64,000 nucleotides of DNA, from positions 1 through 64,000 of the IMG/VR virus record IMGVR_UViG_3300020463_000001; one strand, given 5' to 3'. A model generated the notes under the pieces. The model was not told the origin of the DNA. It worked only from the letters and a program-made list of their open reading frames with translations, and searched no databases. Below are positions 60,677 to 64,000 of the stretch, piece after piece. The stretch is from a virus (Duplodnaviria > Caudoviricetes). How positions within the stretch are numbered: position 1 is the stretch's first letter; each line of letters opens with the position of its first letter. A program made the translations under genes and the position numbers.

Positions 60677-61878
60677 AATTTGCTGGCCAGTATGATGTAA
60701 AAAGTTTTAAAGTATATCAAACTGAAGACATGGGAATTGATCTTGGTGGTGTATTTTTAGAATTATCAATTTATGAGAATATATTCTCTCAGAGTCTGTC
60801 TGTTCGGGCAACTATAGTGGATACTTATGATTTTATAAAATTAATACCCATTATTGGTCAAGAGTCGGTAGAATTGGAACTAGAAATGACATCTGAACCA
60901 GAAGAAGAGCCAATAGATCCAATAAAACTAGATTTGGTTATCTATAACATAACTAACATAGAACAAGAAGGAGAAAATATTACTTATGTATTAGATATGA
61001 CAACTAAAGATTTCATTACAAATTTTGAAAAAAGAATTTGCACTGGACACAGAGATGAGAGCTCGTCTTCAATAGTTAAGAGAGTGTTTGGAGAACTAAG
61101 TTCAAAAAAAGAATTAAACATTACTTCAAGTAACGACAGTCAATCTTTAGTAGTACCAAATATGACTCCCTTCAGGGCAATAAATTGGTTGAAAGATAAA
61201 TCATTTTCTGATACTTATTCTGCCCCCTATTATTTTTTCGAAACTGTTAATGAATATAGATTTAAACCTCTTTTGCAGATGGCAGAATCAGAATCTAAAA
61301 GGGAGTATGTTAAAGCAGTTCCAAACACAGAAAATCCCGCTGCAGAGGAAACAAAATTATTAGATTACTCAGTAATATCCAAATTTTCTGTATTGGATAA
61401 TATAACATCCGGAATGTATGCAACAAAGGCAAGAACTGTAGATTTAATAGGAAGAACATATGAACAGTTTGATCATAACTATTGGAAAAATAATTATTCC
61501 CCAAAACTCGCAGAGAATAAATTACAATCAAGTTCTGCATATAATTACTCTCCCACAAATGAATATTTACTTCCGGAAAACTTTCTCAATCCATATCAAC
61601 AGGATAAATTTTACCTACAGTCAAAAGCAAACGAACAAATATTCAAAAACTTTAAAATAAAAATAGATGTTTTTGGTGACAATCGAATTTCTTCTGGTGA
61701 CGTAATTAAATTAGTATTTCCAGAAATATCTCCGCCAGAAGACGAGAGAGGCAGAGAAGAAGATAAACATTATAGTGGAAATTGGTTGATAGTCGCAATA
61801 AAACATACCTTTGGGAAAAGAAACTACACCATGACTATGGAGTTAGTCAAGGATGGTTCCGGAGTCAGTTATGGATAG
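60673..61878 (+). CDS. Baseplate hub protein (gp27-like)
   Basis: SIYENIFS, IPIIGQE, VPNMTPFRAI, YFFET, YSGNWLI.AIKH.F; between 53 and 5. Confidence 0.75.
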   Translation: MKFAGQYDVKSFKVYQTEDMGIDLGGVFLELSIYENIFSQSLSVRATIVDTYDFIKLIPIIGQESVELELEMTSEPEEEPIDPIKLDLVIYNITNIEQEGENITYVLDMTTKDFITNFEKRICTGHRDESSSSIVKRVFGELSSKKELNITSSNDSQSLVVPNMTPFRAINWLKDKSFSDTYSAPYYFFETVNEYRFKPLLQMAESESKREYVKAVPNTENPAAEETKLLDYSVISKFSVLDNITSGMYATKARTVDLIGRTYEQFDHNYWKNNYSPKLAENKLQSSSAYNYSPTNEYLLPENFLNPYQQDKFYLQSKANEQIFKNFKIKIDVFGDNRISSGDVIKLVFPEISPPEDERGREEDKHYSGNWLIVAIKHTFGKRNYTMTMELVKDGSGVSYG

Positions 61879-62716
61879 TCTAATTAACTCCAACCTTATT
61901 TGGTGGCAAGGTACTGTTCAAGATGTCGATGATCCAGAGAAGATTGGACGAGTCAAGGTTAGGATATTTGGATATCATACAGAAGAAGTAGATATCGATT
62001 TATTACCTTGGGCTTCACCGATACTACCAATTACTTCTGCAAGTATTGGTGGTCTTGGAACATCTCCGACTGGTGTAGTTACTGGTGCATGGGTAATTGG
62101 TTTTTTTCGCGATGGGTCTTCTGCAGAAGATCCGATTATATTTGGTACAGTTCCGGGCAAACCACAAAATGAGATAAACAAAGAAAATAAATTTTCTGAT
62201 CCTGCTGGACTTTATCCTACAGAGAATAAAGATTCTTTGTTACCCAATGGTAGTGTTCTTAGGGAATCTGATGTCAATAGACTTGCGACTGGAGACAATA
62301 CTTCAGAGACGATTGTACAGGAAAAGAAGGATTCACTAGACTCAAAGTCAGGAGAACCATCCACACCATATGCGGCAGAATACCCACACAACAATGTAAT
62401 CAGTACTAAGTCAGGTCATCATGTGGAGTTCGATGATACGCCAGGCGCAGAAAGAATACACATCTATCATAAATCAGGAACATTCATAGAAATTCACCCA
62501 GACGGTACTACAGTTAAGAAGTCAAAAAGTGACGATTATGAGATAGTAGAGGGAGATAAGACAGTCCATATTACAGGTAATTATAAGATGATAGTAGATG
62601 GAAAAATTTCTGTTGATGTAGGTTCGTCTGCGGAGTATAAATATGGTGGAACACATAAAGTAAATTCGGGAGGAACTCACACGATTGAGGCCCCCAAACT
62701 AGACTTAAATCCGTAA
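61871..62716 (+). CDS. 5: gp5 baseplate spike (OB-fold plus beta-helix, no lysozyme domain)
   Basis: WWQGTV.DV.DP.KIGRVKVRIFGYH, LPWA, EYPHNNV..T.SGH..EFDDTPG.ERI..YHKSGT; start moved to 61871. Confidence 0.92.
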   Translation: MDSLINSNLIWWQGTVQDVDDPEKIGRVKVRIFGYHTEEVDIDLLPWASPILPITSASIGGLGTSPTGVVTGAWVIGFFRDGSSAEDPIIFGTVPGKPQNEINKENKFSDPAGLYPTENKDSLLPNGSVLRESDVNRLATGDNTSETIVQEKKDSLDSKSGEPSTPYAAEYPHNNVISTKSGHHVEFDDTPGAERIHIYHKSGTFIEIHPDGTTVKKSKSDDYEIVEGDKTVHITGNYKMIVDGKISVDVGSSAEYKYGGTHKVNSGGTHTIEAPKLDLNP

Positions 62717-62722
62717 AACATC

Positions 62723-63154
62723 ATGGCATATTCAAACACATCATCAGAAAATAGAATTGGTTTGCTCGGGGGCGATCAGTATCTAGATATTGATTTGTCC
62801 TTTAAAAGAAACCCTATTACTAACGATGTAATGATGAAAAAAAATGTTAATGCGGTAAACCAGTCATTGAGAAATCTTCTTCTAACAAATAGATTCGAAA
62901 GACAATTCTCTCCATCTTTTGGGGGAAATATATACAATTCTTTATTCGAGCCCCAAGACGAATTTACGGCAAGAGATTTAGAAGATAGAATTTCTAAAAC
63001 TATTACTAACTTTGAAAAAAGAGTTCAAGTTGTGGGTGTTTCCGTAGAATATCCAGAACTCTACCAAAATTCGGCAAAAATACAAGTAGTTTATGTCTTG
63101 ATTGCAACTGATGAGGAAGTGACAACTACATTTACTATAGAGAGAGTAAGATAA
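62723..63154 (+). CDS. 25: gp25 baseplate wedge
   Basis: DIDLSF..NP.T.D, AV.QSLRNLLLT...ER.F.P.FG, I..FE.RV. Confidence 0.92.
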   Translation: MAYSNTSSENRIGLLGGDQYLDIDLSFKRNPITNDVMMKKNVNAVNQSLRNLLLTNRFERQFSPSFGGNIYNSLFEPQDEFTARDLEDRISKTITNFEKRVQVVGVSVEYPELYQNSAKIQVVYVLIATDEEVTTTFTIERVR

Positions 63155-64000
63155 TGGCAAGAACTATTCAAATATCAGATCTTGATTTTAAAGATATTAA
63201 AAGAAACATAATTTCATATATGAAGGCCGACTCGACTTTTTCGGATTACGATTTTGAGGCTTCTGGTTTGAATACTCTAATGGATATATTATCGTATAAT
63301 ACACATTACACTTCATATTACTTAAATATGGTTGCAAATGAAATGTTCTTGGATACTGCAAGAATCCGAGAGAATGTGGTTTCCAGAGCGAAAATGTTGG
63401 GCTATGAATCCAGATCTAATGTCGCCCCGAAAGCCGTTGTCTCAATTGTTATAGAAAGGGTTGGCCCGTTAGAAAGCGAAACATCTACTGTTCTAATTAA
63501 CAACGAATTCAAGTTTTCTGCAAACTTGGATGGTGTTTCTTATAATTTTTTTCCAGAAGTTCCGAGGTCTGCCCCAGTATTATCGTCCACTGTTGCAAAT
63601 GACGGAATTACTGTAACTACTCGATATTTTTTAGGAGACTTGGTTTTGGTGCAGGGAAATCCAGTCACAGAATTTTTTATAGTAGATACGACTAATCCAA
63701 ATCAAAGATTTATTTTGTCTAATGCAGATGCGGATACTTCTTCAATAAAAGTTACTGTGCGAGAAGATTTGACTACTGACGAATTTACAGAATTCAAAAG
63801 ACCAACAGATACTATGGATTTAAGTGATGTATCTACTTCCTTCTTTGTCCAAGAAGTCGAAAGTGGCTTATATGAAATATTTTTCGGAGACGGAGTATTA
63901 GGAACCTCGTTAGAAAGTGGAAATTTGATTACAGTTGATTATTTAACTACATCCGGAGCAGCTGCAAATGGCATTGCAAAAATAAATACCAGCGCTACAG
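63154..64000 (+). CDS. 6: gp6 baseplate wedge, partial (runs off window)
   Basis: Hand-translated MARTIQISDLDFKDIK.NI..YMK....FSDYDFE.SGL..LMDILSYNTHY...NEMFLDTA. Confidence 0.95.
   Translation, partial: MARTIQISDLDFKDIKRNIISYMKADSTFSDYDFEASGLNTLMDILSYNTHYTSYYLNMVANEMFLDTARIRENVVSRAKMLGYESRSNVAPKAVVSIVIERVGPLESETSTVLINNEFKFSANLDGVSYNFFPEVPRSAPVLSSTVANDGITVTTRYFLGDLVLVQGNPVTEFFIVDTTNPNQRFILSNADADTSSIKVTVREDLTTDEFTEFKRPTDTMDLSDVSTSFFVQEVESGLYEIFFGDGVLGTSLESGNLITVDYLTTSGAAANGIAKINTSAT

Overview
The window is 64 kb of a T4-like (Tevenvirinae/cyanomyovirus-type) myophage genome, probably marine. Its T4 core genes are 32, 33, 59, dsbA, 2, 4, 26, 51, 54, 48, 53, 5, 25 and 6. There are three tRNAs, about 12 sigma70-type early promoters driving runs of small hypothetical genes, and T4 late promoters (TATAAATA). 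The host-type genes (sdhB, CYP153, TorF-like porin, guaC) suggest a proteobacterial, probably gammaproteobacterial, host; this is inference. The most notable accessory systems are: (1) a translationally coupled late operon that joins a curli/type VIII secretion module (csgF, csgG, two curlin-like proteins) to a FecR-domain protein and a CHASE2 membrane adenylate cyclase; (2) a respiratory module, sufT-sdhB-alternative oxidase; (3) a CYP153-type cytochrome P450 inserted between head genes 4 and 2; (4) a candidate -1 frameshift fusing gp26 to gp51; (5) a 14-aa, 8-Cys metallothionein-like micro-ORF; (6) a repeated 19-bp palindrome upstream of four early promoters, tandem Pho-like boxes, and several structured non-coding regions including a tmRNA-like tRNA mimic; (7) a four-gene array of domain-shuffled fibre/adhesin paralogs; and (8) a type II R-M pair. 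All family assignments come from motif recognition by eye; no database searches were run.
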